From an uncultured cyanobacterium (GTDB lineage Bacteria; Cyanobacteriota; Cyanobacteriia; Leptolyngbyales; Leptolyngbyaceae), in NCBI GenBank assembly GCA_963766075.1, contig CAVYAN010000105.1, positions 32,001-96,000 on the forward strand: a stretch of 64,000 bases of DNA. Direction: 5' to 3'. Below, one piece after another: positions 31,580-40,507 of the stretch (position 1 is the stretch's first letter; the number at the start of each line of letters is the position of its first letter). The position numbers were made by a program, and so were the translations under genes. The notes under the pieces were generated by a model, which saw only the letters and a program-made list of their open reading frames with translations, did not search any database and was not told where the DNA came from.

Positions 31580-33157
31580 ATGTTGTCTCGGAAAGCGATC
31601 GCATTGGCAGTAGTGTTGAGCGGGCCGATCGCAGTAGAGTTCCCGGCTCAGGGATTTGAGACGGCGGCTCCGGTGTTGGCGCAGACGGTGAATCAACGAA
31701 AGGCAGAGGGCGATCGACTTCTCGAGCAGGGACTTCAGCAGTATCAAACCAGCCAGTACGAAGCGGCGCTGCAATCCTGGGAAGCGGCACTCAAGCTGTA
31801 CCGCGAACTCAAAGACCGCAATGGCGAAGCGAATGCATTGATGAATCTAGGCGTTGCTTACCTTTCTCTGTCGCAATACAACAAAGCCATCAGTTACTAT
31901 CAGCAGGCATTGCCCCTCTTCCAGCAAGTCAAAGACCGCAATGGCGAAGCGAGTGCATTGACGAATCTAGGCAATGCTTACCTTTCTCTGTCGCAATATG
32001 ACAAAGCCATCAGCTACTTCCAGCAGGCATTGCCCATCCTCCAGCAAATCAAAAACCGTAATGGCGAAGCGAGTGCATTGATGAATCTAGGCATTGCTTA
32101 CCGTTCGCTGTCGCAATATGACAAAGCGATCAGTTACTATCAACAGGCATTGCCCCTCTTCCAGCAAGTCAAAAACCGTAATGGCGAAGCGAGTGCATTG
32201 ACGAATCTAGGCAATGCTTACCTTTCTCTGTCGCAATATGACAAAGCGATCAGTTACTATCAGCAGGCGCTGCCCCTCTTCCAGCAAGTCAAAAACCGCA
32301 ACGGCGAAGCGAATGCATTGATGAATCTAGGCAATGCTTACCTTTCTCTGTCGCAATATGACAAAGCGATCAGTTACTATCAGCAGGCGCTGCCCCTCTT
32401 CCAGCAGGTCAAAAACCGTAATGGCGAAGCGAATGCATTGATGAATCTAGGCAATGCTTACCTTTCTCTATCGCAATATGACAAAGCAATCAGTTACTAT
32501 CAACAGGCGCTGCCCCTCTTCCAGCAAGTCAAAAACCGCAACGGCGAAGCGAATGCATTGATGAATCTAGGCATTGCTTACGGTTCGCTGTCGCAATATG
32601 ACAAAGCCGTTAGCTACTACCAGCAGGCATTGCCCCTCTTCCAGCAGGTCAAAGACCGCAACGGCGAAGCGAATGCATTGATGAATCTAGGCATTGCTTA
32701 CGGTTCGCTGTCGCAATATGACAAAGCCATCAGCTACTACCAGCAGGTATTGCCCCTCTTCCAGCAAGTCAAAGACCGCAATGGCGAAGCGAATGCATTG
32801 ATGAATCTAGGCGTTGCTTACCGTTCGCTGTCGCAGTATGAGAAGGCGATCAGCTATTACCAGCAGGCATTGCCCATCCTCCAGCAAGTCAAAGACCGCA
32901 ATGGCGAAGGAAAACTCCTGAGCAACATTGGTATTCTGCTAGAGAAACAGAAGCAAGCAGAGTTGGCGATCTCCTTCTACAAACAATCGGTCAACGTGTA
33001 CGAAACCATTCGCCAAGACCTTCGCAAACTCCCCCACAGTTCCCAAGAAGCCTACACCCAATCCGTCGCTGGCACCTACCGCGCCCTCGCCGACCTCCTC
33101 ATCGCCCAAGGTCGCATCGACGAAGCCCAACAAATCCTCAAACTCCTCAAACTCTAG
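31580..33157 (+). CDS. Exported TPR-repeat protein, probably a truncated TPR-CHAT protein
   Basis: GGAGG RBS, signal-like N-terminus, 40-aa TPR units and a FYKQSVN..E.IR linker. The TAG stop sits where Gln would be expected (LLKL*EF). Confidence 0.85.
   Translation: MLSRKAIALAVVLSGPIAVEFPAQGFETAAPVLAQTVNQRKAEGDRLLEQGLQQYQTSQYEAALQSWEAALKLYRELKDRNGEANALMNLGVAYLSLSQYNKAISYYQQALPLFQQVKDRNGEASALTNLGNAYLSLSQYDKAISYFQQALPILQQIKNRNGEASALMNLGIAYRSLSQYDKAISYYQQALPLFQQVKNRNGEASALTNLGNAYLSLSQYDKAISYYQQALPLFQQVKNRNGEANALMNLGNAYLSLSQYDKAISYYQQALPLFQQVKNRNGEANALMNLGNAYLSLSQYDKAISYYQQALPLFQQVKNRNGEANALMNLGIAYGSLSQYDKAVSYYQQALPLFQQVKDRNGEANALMNLGIAYGSLSQYDKAISYYQQVLPLFQQVKDRNGEANALMNLGVAYRSLSQYEKAISYYQQALPILQQVKDRNGEGKLLSNIGILLEKQKQAELAISFYKQSVNVYETIRQDLRKLPHSSQEAYTQSVAGTYRALADLLIAQGRIDEAQQILKLLKL
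31811..32910 (+). repeat. Nine near-identical 120-bp intragenic tandem repeats plus a partial tenth
   Basis: Units begin AAA(G/A)ACCG(C/T)AA(T/C)GGCGAAG at 31811, 31931 and so on to 32891. Confidence 0.97.
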
Positions 33158-33400
33158 GAATTCCACGACTTTACACGGCACCTGCGCCGCCGCCCTCATC
33201 CCCAAAGTCAGCTTCAACCCCGCCGAACCCAAATCAAAATCCAACACACCAGCCTCGTCGCCTTCGGCAGCAAATTCTACGCCTGCGAACAACAGCGCTG
33301 CTCCCAATACCGTCAACTCAAAACCCAAAGCCAAAGCCTCTCCAAAGAATTCACCGCCTTCGTCGAACAAATCAAATAACAACTGCGCAACGAACTGGGC
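33158..33400 (+). pseudogene. Decayed continuation of the TPR gene (pre-CHAT linker)
   Basis: After the stop the sequence continues with frameshifts as EFHDFT... and IKIQHTSLVAFGSKFYACEQQRCSQYRQLK...EQIK*QLR. Confidence 0.6.
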
Positions 33401-33489
33401 ACCCTTCATTTTGATTGGCAATGGTCTTTAGGTGCGATCGGGGGCGAGGCAACAGAAGATCCGTGGCTGCCAAAACCTAACCTTTTCCA

Positions 33490-33522
33490 AGATCTGCGAC
33501 TTTTTAAAAAAGTCGCAGATCT
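33490..33522. repeat. REP-like 33-bp palindrome, copy 1
   Basis: AGATCTGCGACTTTTT-A-AAAAAGTCGCAGATCT with perfect 16-bp arms. Confidence 0.85.
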
Positions 33523-33649
33523 GTCAGTGCTTGAGCGATGGCACCATCGGCCTAGCAAGATTTGCGGCATGGATAGCCAACGGATCCGGTAAACTAGAAA
33601 AAACTCATCGGCGATCGCCCAATAGTTCGGAGGCACCGCAACCCAACCC

Positions 33650-33892
33650 ATGGACAGAACCCCCAGCAACCTCCTCAACGTCCTCAGCCTCAGCGATCTG
33701 GAAACCCTCATCCAGACCATCGTTCGGCGCATCCTCCAGAATGAGCTACACCCCATTCAATCCACCCCATCTCAACCCGCCCAAACCGAAGCCCTCCTCG
33801 CCACCTTCGGCACCTGGGAAGACGATCGCCCCGTCGAAGCCATCATCGATGACATTTACAGCAGTCGGACGGTTAGCTCTCTAGACCCATGA
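33650..33892 (+). CDS. Putative antitoxin (VapB position)
   Basis: Small acidic ORF whose stop overlaps the vapC start (ATGA), with a C-terminal FGTWED...IIDDIYSSR motif. Confidence 0.75.
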   Translation: MDRTPSNLLNVLSLSDLETLIQTIVRRILQNELHPIQSTPSQPAQTEALLATFGTWEDDRPVEAIIDDIYSSRTVSSLDP

Positions 33893-34290
33893 CCCACCTG
33901 CTCGACACAGACATTTGTATCTACTGGCTCAACGGACACCCAGAAATTCGCGAGCAAGCCCTAACCGTCGGACTGTCCAGCCTTTCCATCTCCAGCATCA
34001 CCGTTGCCGAACTCTACTTCGGAGCCTATAACTCCAACCGCATTGCGCAAAATCTCGCTCGGGCAAAGCAATTTGTCGGGGCGATCGCCATCATTCCACC
34101 CACTCCTTCAACCCTCAAAACATTTGGCGAACTGAAAGCCGCCTTAAGGCGCAGCGGCCAACCCGTCGCCGACTTTGATTTACTACTTGCCAGCACAGCC
34201 TTATCCGAACAACTCACCCTTGTCACTAACAACACGCGCCATTACCAAAGAATCCCTGGCCTAGCGCTGGAAAACTGGAAGACTGAATGA
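33889..34290 (+). CDS. vapC: PIN-domain toxin, VapC family
   Basis: Motifs LLDTDICI, SSITVAELYFGA, DFDLLLASTA and LVTNNTRHYQRIPGLALENW. Confidence 0.92.
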   Translation: MTHLLDTDICIYWLNGHPEIREQALTVGLSSLSISSITVAELYFGAYNSNRIAQNLARAKQFVGAIAIIPPTPSTLKTFGELKAALRRSGQPVADFDLLLASTALSEQLTLVTNNTRHYQRIPGLALENWKTE

Positions 34291-34504
34291 TGGGTTGTTA
34301 CACCGGGTATAGCCAATCGGCCAGCAGCGATGAGGCTTGGCCATCGGTTGGATTGGGGCAAACGGGCGATCGCCCGCAATAGATCCAGCTCAACCAAGGG
34401 GGAGAAGCGATCGCCCCCGTAGATTTGCGGTGAGGGGTGAGCACCCTTCGCCAACCCCCGCAACATTAATATATCTAAGTAATATCGTTATTATAGGTAT
34501 AAAA

Positions 34505-34999
34505 ATGATCGCTAACAGAGTCAGTGCCAGCCTTAGCGCCAGCAACAAAGACACAATCATCACCGCCATCGAAACCATTAAAACCACCCTGCCCTTCCTC
34601 GTTTCTCTCACCGCCGAAGACCGCAAAACCCTGCCCAAAGCTGGCGATCGCAGCCGGGGATTCATCCTCAACGCCCTCGAAGTCGCCCAGCACAACTCCG
34701 ACTGCCTGCCGCGCTCCTTCGACGTGGCCGAAATGCAAAAAGACATCCAACTCATGGAAGACCTCTACCCGATCCTCATGACCCTCAATCAACTCCAAAG
34801 CGTCCTATCCGACACCTACACGGTCGCCAACAGCGAAGCCTACACCGCCGCTTTGCGCGTCTACGACTGTGCCAAAGCCCATGCCACCCAACCCGGCATG
34901 AAACCTGTCGTCGAACAATTGAAACAGCAATTCGCGCGCCGCACCGCAAAAACCGCCACCCCCGCCGCCCCAGCACCCGTACCAGCCGCGATCGCCTAA
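34505..34999 (+). CDS. Uncharacterised helical protein (164 aa)
   Basis: Clean ORF with C-ending codon bias, an AT-rich upstream promoter region and a downstream terminator. Sequence includes LPFLVSLTAEDRKTLPKAGD..F...ALE and SEAYTAALRVY. Confidence 0.8.
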   Translation: MIANRVSASLSASNKDTIITAIETIKTTLPFLVSLTAEDRKTLPKAGDRSRGFILNALEVAQHNSDCLPRSFDVAEMQKDIQLMEDLYPILMTLNQLQSVLSDTYTVANSEAYTAALRVYDCAKAHATQPGMKPVVEQLKQQFARRTAKTATPAAPAPVPAAIA

Positions 35000-35052
35000 C
35001 CCTCAGCCAGAGCATGAGCGGCAGAGGCCACCTCCGTTCCAACTCACTCCAG

Positions 35053-35087
35053 AACGTTCCTATCGGTTGATAGGAACGTTTCTTTTT
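35053..35087 (+). terminator. Intrinsic terminator
   Basis: AACGTTCCTATC-GGTT-GATAGGAACGTT-TCTTTTT. Confidence 0.8.
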
Positions 35088-35122
35088 CGGCAAGCATCCG
35101 GCCCGCGATCGCCAGCCATCGT

Positions 35123-35320
35123 CCTACCCCGCTCAGGGATTCACCCCTCCGCCCACCGGATGTGCCCTGCCCCATCCAGGAACCCTACTGACCCCTCTCA
35201 GTATTCCTGCCTCACCGCTGAGGATGAGTCCTTCCCCATGGCGAAAATACACTGACCCACCCTAGCAATCCCCCATCCCCCGATAGCATCAGTCCTCTCC
35301 CGCATCGAAACGATACTCAC
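35123..35320. repeat. Degenerate ~64-bp tandem repeat, 3 units each of three ~21-bp subunits
   Basis: Units 35187-35250 and 35251-35314 match at about 39 of 64 positions without gaps (hand count). Unit 35123-35186 shares the same landmarks. Confidence 0.55.
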
Positions 35321-35583
35321 TGCGATCGCCCAATGCCATCAAATCACAGCCGTATCAATCGCCGCCACTCAGCCACCGCATCCTGTTACAGAATATATTC
35401 CAGCATATATTCCAGAACCTGTTCCAGTCGAAGGATAGGCAAAGCAAAGCACACCCATCACCCACCGTGACGATGGGCGTTTGAGCAGACAATCCCAAAC
35501 TCTCTCTACTATCTGAGACTTTTCCGAAAAAATCCTAGCGTCATGAAAAAGTTTCAAATCTGTCAATGCAAATCTGCTTCTGA

Positions 35584-35814
35584 TCACCAAGCCCGCAACA
35601 TCTGCACCGCCTCAATCTCATCGTCCTTAGCCTGCTCCAGAAATTCATACAGTCGCTCCTTTGACACTAGGGGAAATGTAGGACTAGCCTCACTCTCGAC
35701 ATAAATCCCATCCTGAAGCTGATCAACGCGCCAGACATTGCCATTGAACCGCTAAAACTCCGGCACGCCAATACTGGCATAGAATTGATTTTTGGCAATA
35801 TCCGTATGAGTAAT
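35584..35814 (-). pseudogene. 5'-truncated Uma2-family endonuclease remnant with an internal stop
   Basis: Reads ITHTDIAKNQFYASIGVPEF*RFNGNVWRV.QLQDGIYVESEASPTFP...LRAW*, with TAG replacing the Trp of GVPEFWR. Confidence 0.8.
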
Positions 35815-35889
35815 AGACTTGTCGGTAAATAAGAGAGAATAAACAGCAGTGATGGGACAGGAAGATGCTGGATACTGAACGGGCACTGA

Positions 35890-36199
35890 ACCAAGACCTA
35901 TCGCAATCGTATTGAAGATTTTGATGATCACTTGACGCTTACAGCCGCAGGCTTATGGAACTTCTACCTGCTCGCTGCTTGAAAAACAATGCCTTGGAGA
36001 GCAACATTGCCTCACTCAACTTTTATTTCCCGACAACTCTATTACCCACAAGCCCAACATCGTTGACGCCTTTGGCAAAGACTGGTTTGACATCAAAGAA
36101 GGAGAAGCGTCCATCTTCAAACCCGATGACTCCGGTAAAGTCGTGCTGGTCACCCGGATCAAAGCCGTGGATTGGGTCGTTGCTGCCGGTGGTAAATGA
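35890..36199 (+). pseudogene. Degraded, unidentified gene remnant
   Basis: One frame reads ...LLFPDNSITHKPNIVDAFGKDWFDIKEGEASIFKPDDSGKVVLVTRIKAVDWVVAAGGK*. The upstream part is broken by a stop or frameshift. Confidence 0.35.
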
Positions 36200-36231
36200 A
36201 CCCGCCTTAACGTGGCGGCTAACGATCCCCT

Positions 36232-36269
36232 CAGATCCGCGACTTTTCCACAAAAAAATCGTAGATCTG
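36232..36269. repeat. REP-like palindrome, copy 2 (degenerate)
   Basis: CAGATCCGCGACTTTT...AAAAATCGTAGATCTG, homologous to 33490-33522. Confidence 0.75.
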
Positions 36270-36303
36270 CTTAGATGATTGCCAGAAAAAATTATACCGA
36301 CCG

Positions 36304-36364
36304 AGATTGCTCCCTGAGCGAAGTCGAAGGGAGCAATCTTTCGCCAGCTGAGCGGAGTCGTAGT
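36304..36364. repeat. Hairpin with CTGAGCG(A/G)AGTCG motif plus a second motif copy (REP-like)
   Basis: AGATTGCTCCCT / AGGGAGCAATCT 12-bp stem around GAGCGAAGTCGA, with CTGAGCGGAGTCG repeated at about 36348. Confidence 0.6.
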
Positions 36365-36448
36365 TCACTTCCCGCAGGGTAGCTAGCGGATCTATGTGGA
36401 AATCCATCGGTGGGAGTCGCATCATGATGCTCATCCACTGCTCAGATC

Positions 36449-36841
36449 CTAGTCAAGATCAATGCCCAAGTAGGTTTTGCTGAGATAATGACCCAAGCGG
36501 GTTAATGGCGAGGTAGCTGTAGCGATCGCCTGCTTGGCATCGCCCGCCTCAGCACCCAACAGCGCCGCAAAATCCGTATCACTCAGTTCCCCCGTTTGAT
36601 GCCTGTGAAAAGCATCCACAACCGCAATTAATTCGTCAGGGGAAAACTCGAATCCCTGATTAGCAGCAAATTCAGCCACCACAGGAGCCTGCTGTTCCAG
36701 AGCTTCTGTTTCAGCCGGATCAAGTTCAGCTTCACTGCTAATGTCACCATCGCCCACGCCCAGCAGTGCTTCAAGCTGTTGGCGCAGGGCTGCGTCTTCG
36801 GCGGTTTTGTGCATGAATTCCAGAACGGTTGCGGTTGCCAT
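36449..36841 (-). CDS. Nif11-like domain protein
   Basis: VLEFMHKTAEDAALRQQLE...VAEFAANQGFEFSPDEL matches the Nif11 leader pattern. Confidence 0.7.
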   Translation of the reverse strand: MATATVLEFMHKTAEDAALRQQLEALLGVGDGDISSEAELDPAETEALEQQAPVVAEFAANQGFEFSPDELIAVVDAFHRHQTGELSDTDFAALLGAEAGDAKQAIATATSPLTRLGHYLSKTYLGIDLD

Positions 36842-37057
36842 CGTTCAACGCTCCTGTGAAGATATATCGCCCGCATTTTAGCAAGCCCGTCGGCAAAATT
36901 TTGGCGTGGTAGAGCACCGGGAGCCGTCACCGCCCTTAAAAAATTTGGAAGAAATACCGGACGCTCAGGCGATCGCCCCACCGATCCAGCGCCTACGGAG
37001 CGATCGCACATAAGACCCGAAAATCCATCTCCCACGGCATTCAAGGCAGAAAGCCCT

Positions 37058-38143
37058 TTAGGTAAAGGCCGATTTTGATCCCAATTTGGCCTGTAGATCC
37101 GCTGGAGCAATCGCTCCAAATTCCGTGACAATCGCCGCAATCAATCCAGCGGGTGTGACATCAAAAGCTGGATTGTAGAACTCTGCCCCCGGCGTCACCA
37201 GGCGAGTCTCGCCCACGGTATGAATTTCACTGGGATCCCGTTCTTCGATCGGAATTTGGCTACCATCAGCCAGGGCAAAGTCAATCGTAGACAGGGGAGC
37301 CGCCACAAAGAACGGAATGTTATGGGCCTTAGCAGCTAGAGCCACACTGTAAGTGCCAATTTTGTTCGCGGCATCGCCGTTCGCCGCAATCCGATCGGCC
37401 CCCACCACCACCGCATCAATCAGGCCCCGCTGCATGCAGTGCGCCGCCATATTATCCGTAATAACAGTCACGGGGATGCCTTCCTGCACACATTCCCAGG
37501 CGGTCAGCTTGGCCCCCTGCAACCGGGGGCGAGTCTCGTCCGCATACACACGGGCCAAACGGCCATCCCGCCATGCCGATCGCACCACGCCCAGGGCCGT
37601 CCCATAGCCCGCCGTCGCCAAAGCTCCGGCATTGCAGTGGGTGAGCAGCCGCAATTTCTCCGGCATGGGGGGCAAGGCCGCCGCCCCAAAATCCCCGATG
37701 AGTTGACAGGTACGAATGTCGTCGGCATTGATGGTTTGGGCCGCCACCAGCAGCGCCCGCTTGATGTCATCGACGCTACCCGGCGTAGACTGGGCAGTTT
37801 GCAGCATTTGGGCGATCGCCCAGAACAAATTCACCGCTGTGGGTCGGGTCGCCCGCAGGCGAACAGCTATGGTTTCTAACGCCCCCAGAAACGCCGCGCG
37901 ATCGTCCGTGGCAATGTCCCGCGCCCCGAGGTACATACCATAGGCCGCCGCCACGCCAATCGCCGGAGCCCCCCGCACAATCATGGTTTCAATCGCCGTG
38001 GCCATGGTTTCAGCATCATGGATCTCGACCACGCCATAGGTATTGGGCAGTTGGGTTTGATCGATCAAAACAGCACAATCGCTCTGCCAAATGACGGGAT
38101 AGACGGGAGAATTCACCACAGGAAAGTCGGCCAGAAGCGACAA
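37058..38143 (-). CDS. mtnA: S-methyl-5-thioribose-1-phosphate isomerase
   Basis: Motifs [38 protein letters not shown] and [18 protein letters not shown]. Confidence 0.95.
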   Translation of the reverse strand: MSLLADFPVVNSPVYPVIWQSDCAVLIDQTQLPNTYGVVEIHDAETMATAIETMIVRGAPAIGVAAAYGMYLGARDIATDDRAAFLGALETIAVRLRATRPTAVNLFWAIAQMLQTAQSTPGSVDDIKRALLVAAQTINADDIRTCQLIGDFGAAALPPMPEKLRLLTHCNAGALATAGYGTALGVVRSAWRDGRLARVYADETRPRLQGAKLTAWECVQEGIPVTVITDNMAAHCMQRGLIDAVVVGADRIAANGDAANKIGTYSVALAAKAHNIPFFVAAPLSTIDFALADGSQIPIEERDPSEIHTVGETRLVTPGAEFYNPAFDVTPAGLIAAIVTEFGAIAPADLQAKLGSKSAFT

Positions 38144-38191
38144 AACGCTGACAGCTCAAACCGAGTTAAATCATAGCGAGCGATCGCCCAC

Positions 38192-40179
38192 TCAACCTTG
38201 GGAATGGCGCGGAGTTTTACGCGCCCGTTTGGCCGCCTGGGGTGGTATATCCAGTTGCAGCGCCGCCGCTGTACCGTCGGCTGTAGCACTGGGTTTCGGA
38301 GCGGGGGCCTCAGCAGGTGCCGCAGCACTGGCCGCAGTCGCTGCCGGCAAGGCTTCCCGCTCTCCCGGTCCAGTGGCCCGCAAGGTCGCAGCCTGGGCCA
38401 AGAGCGAATCCGCAAAGGCGATCGCCTCCTGGGCCGAATGTCCGCCTGCCAACTGGGCCACCTCTTCCCGACGATCCTCGGCATTCAAAGGCGTCACCCG
38501 CACCACCGTTCGCACCTCTGCCGCACCTCTGGCTGCACCTCTGGCCCACCCCCGGCAGCAGGACTGAGCGCCTCACCCTTTGGCTTTTTACCCTTTGCCT
38601 TTTGCCCCGAGATCGCGCCCCCATCGGCTTCACCAATCACATGCTTACTCACCCGCAGGTGGTTGTCTGCCATGGCCGCGACGATCGCCTGGTGCGTCAC
38701 GCACAACACCTGATGTTGGCGACCGAGCTGGTAGAGTTTGTCCGCGATCGCCTGAGTCACCCGGCCTGAAACCCCCGTATCAATTTCATCAAAAATCAGC
38801 GTGCCCGTCCCATCCACCTGGGAGAACACCGCCTGCAACGCCAGTAAAAAGCGGCTCATTTCCCCGCCCGAGGCAATCTCCGTCAGAGGCTGCAAGGGCT
38901 CACCCGGATTAGGACTAAACAAATAGGTAATCTGGTCAGCCCCCCACTGGGTTGGGGCACAGGGGGCAACATCCACCGTAAATTGCACCTTCGCCATGGC
39001 CAACGGCTTCAGTTCCGCCACAATCTGAGTTTCCAGAGCCGTGGCAGCCGCTTGGCGCTGCTGGGTGAGTTGGGCACAGGCCGCCATCAAGCTCTGATGA
39101 CAGTGCTGACACGTGGCTTCCAGTTCCTCCAGGGATTGACCGCCGTCCGTGAGTTCATCCAGTTCCGTTTGCAGCTTGGCCTGAAGGGCGATCGCCTCCG
39201 CTAACGTCGGACCATACTTGCGGCAAATCTGCTTTAACTCCCGAAGCCGCTCCTGGACCTCTTGGAGGCGCTGGGGATCGGCCTCAATTCCCTCACCGTA
39301 GGCATTGATTGCCCGTCCAGCCTCCTGCACCAGTTGCAACGCCTGACTCAGCGAGTCCAAAATGGGCTGCAATTGCCCATCGTACTGAATCATCCCTTGC
39401 AGCGTAATTTCGGCTTGCCCCAGCAAGTCCGCGCAGGCTTCACCGTCATCATTTTGGTAAATCGCCTGGTAAACCTGATAGCTATGCTGCTGCAAATCCA
39501 CACTATAGGTAAGGCGATTTTGCTCATTTTCCAGTTGGTCAAGCTCATCGGCAGCCTTCAGATTAGCGGTTTTCAGCTCTTGGAGCTGATAGGCGAATTG
39601 ATCAATTTGCTGGAGGCGATTTTGCTCAGACCGGCGACGGCGTTCTAGGGCCTGAAAGGCCTGCTGGTAAGTCCCATAGGCTTGTGCCACCCGTTCTCGC
39701 TGCTCGATCAGAGCCGCCCCGCCGTAGCTGTCCAGCCATTCTCGTTGCAAGGCGGGTTGCCCAATTTGCACAGTCTGACCCTGGGCCGTAATTTCCACCA
39801 GGCGATCGCGCAGTTGCTCCATCTGCTGCTTGTTAACCACCACCCCATTCACCCGCGATCGGCTACGCTGCCCTGTAGCACTCACCACAATCTCGCGGCT
39901 ACAGGTCAAAGCGTCCTCCTCCAGCCAATCAATCTCCTGCGCCGTCAGCCACGCCTTGAGCTCCGCATCCAACGCAAACGTCGCCTCGACCAAGGATTTC
40001 TCCTCACCCGTGCGGACCGTGCGTCCGGTCACTTTGCCGCCCAGCACCGCATCAATCGCATCCAAAATAATCGACTTGCCCGCGCCAGTTTCTCCGGTCA
40101 AAACCGTCAAACCCTCGCCCAGGTCTAGGTCCAAGTGATCGATAAGAGCAAAGTTTTCAATCCGGAGGGACAGCAGCAT
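38192..40179 (-). CDS. recN: DNA repair protein RecN, frameshift near 38520
   Basis: Motifs LTGETGAGKS, IASGGEMSR, IFDEIDTGVSG and VLCVTHQ. The C-terminal RTVVRVTPL...RREEVAQLAGG lies in another frame and is restored by one base within a 12-bp repeat. Confidence 0.92.
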
Positions 40180-40507
40180 GCAGCACAGTAAACGCTAAGA
40201 GACAGTAAACGCCAGGAACGGAAACCAAAAAGCCAACAGTAGAAGCCATGGGTGACTCAATTAAACCCTGTCTCCGGCCAGAAGTGTCAAAATCCATTGC
40301 ATCAATAGTACCAAAATACCATTTCATCCCCTGGGCCGAATGTTTTCATCATGACATGCCAATACCAGAAGCTCTAGCCAAACCGCGATCGCCCGCCCCC
40401 CGCCAGGGGAAATCCGCCCGCATCGATTCTCGATCGCCGTACCCCCTTTCCTCCAGGCTTATTGTTACAATACGTTGCATAACCCGCTCCCGTGTCAGGC
40501 TTCCCCC

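Noticed and set aside
31811..32910. 120-bp repeats as a CRISPR array or a complete DGR
   Set aside because: The repeats are contiguous, in frame and lack unique spacers. No cas gene or reverse transcriptase is present in the window.
32939..33421. 160-aa minus-strand ORF, and the 36023-36253 minus-strand ORF
   Set aside because: Both are antisense shadows of plus-strand coding or remnant sequence.
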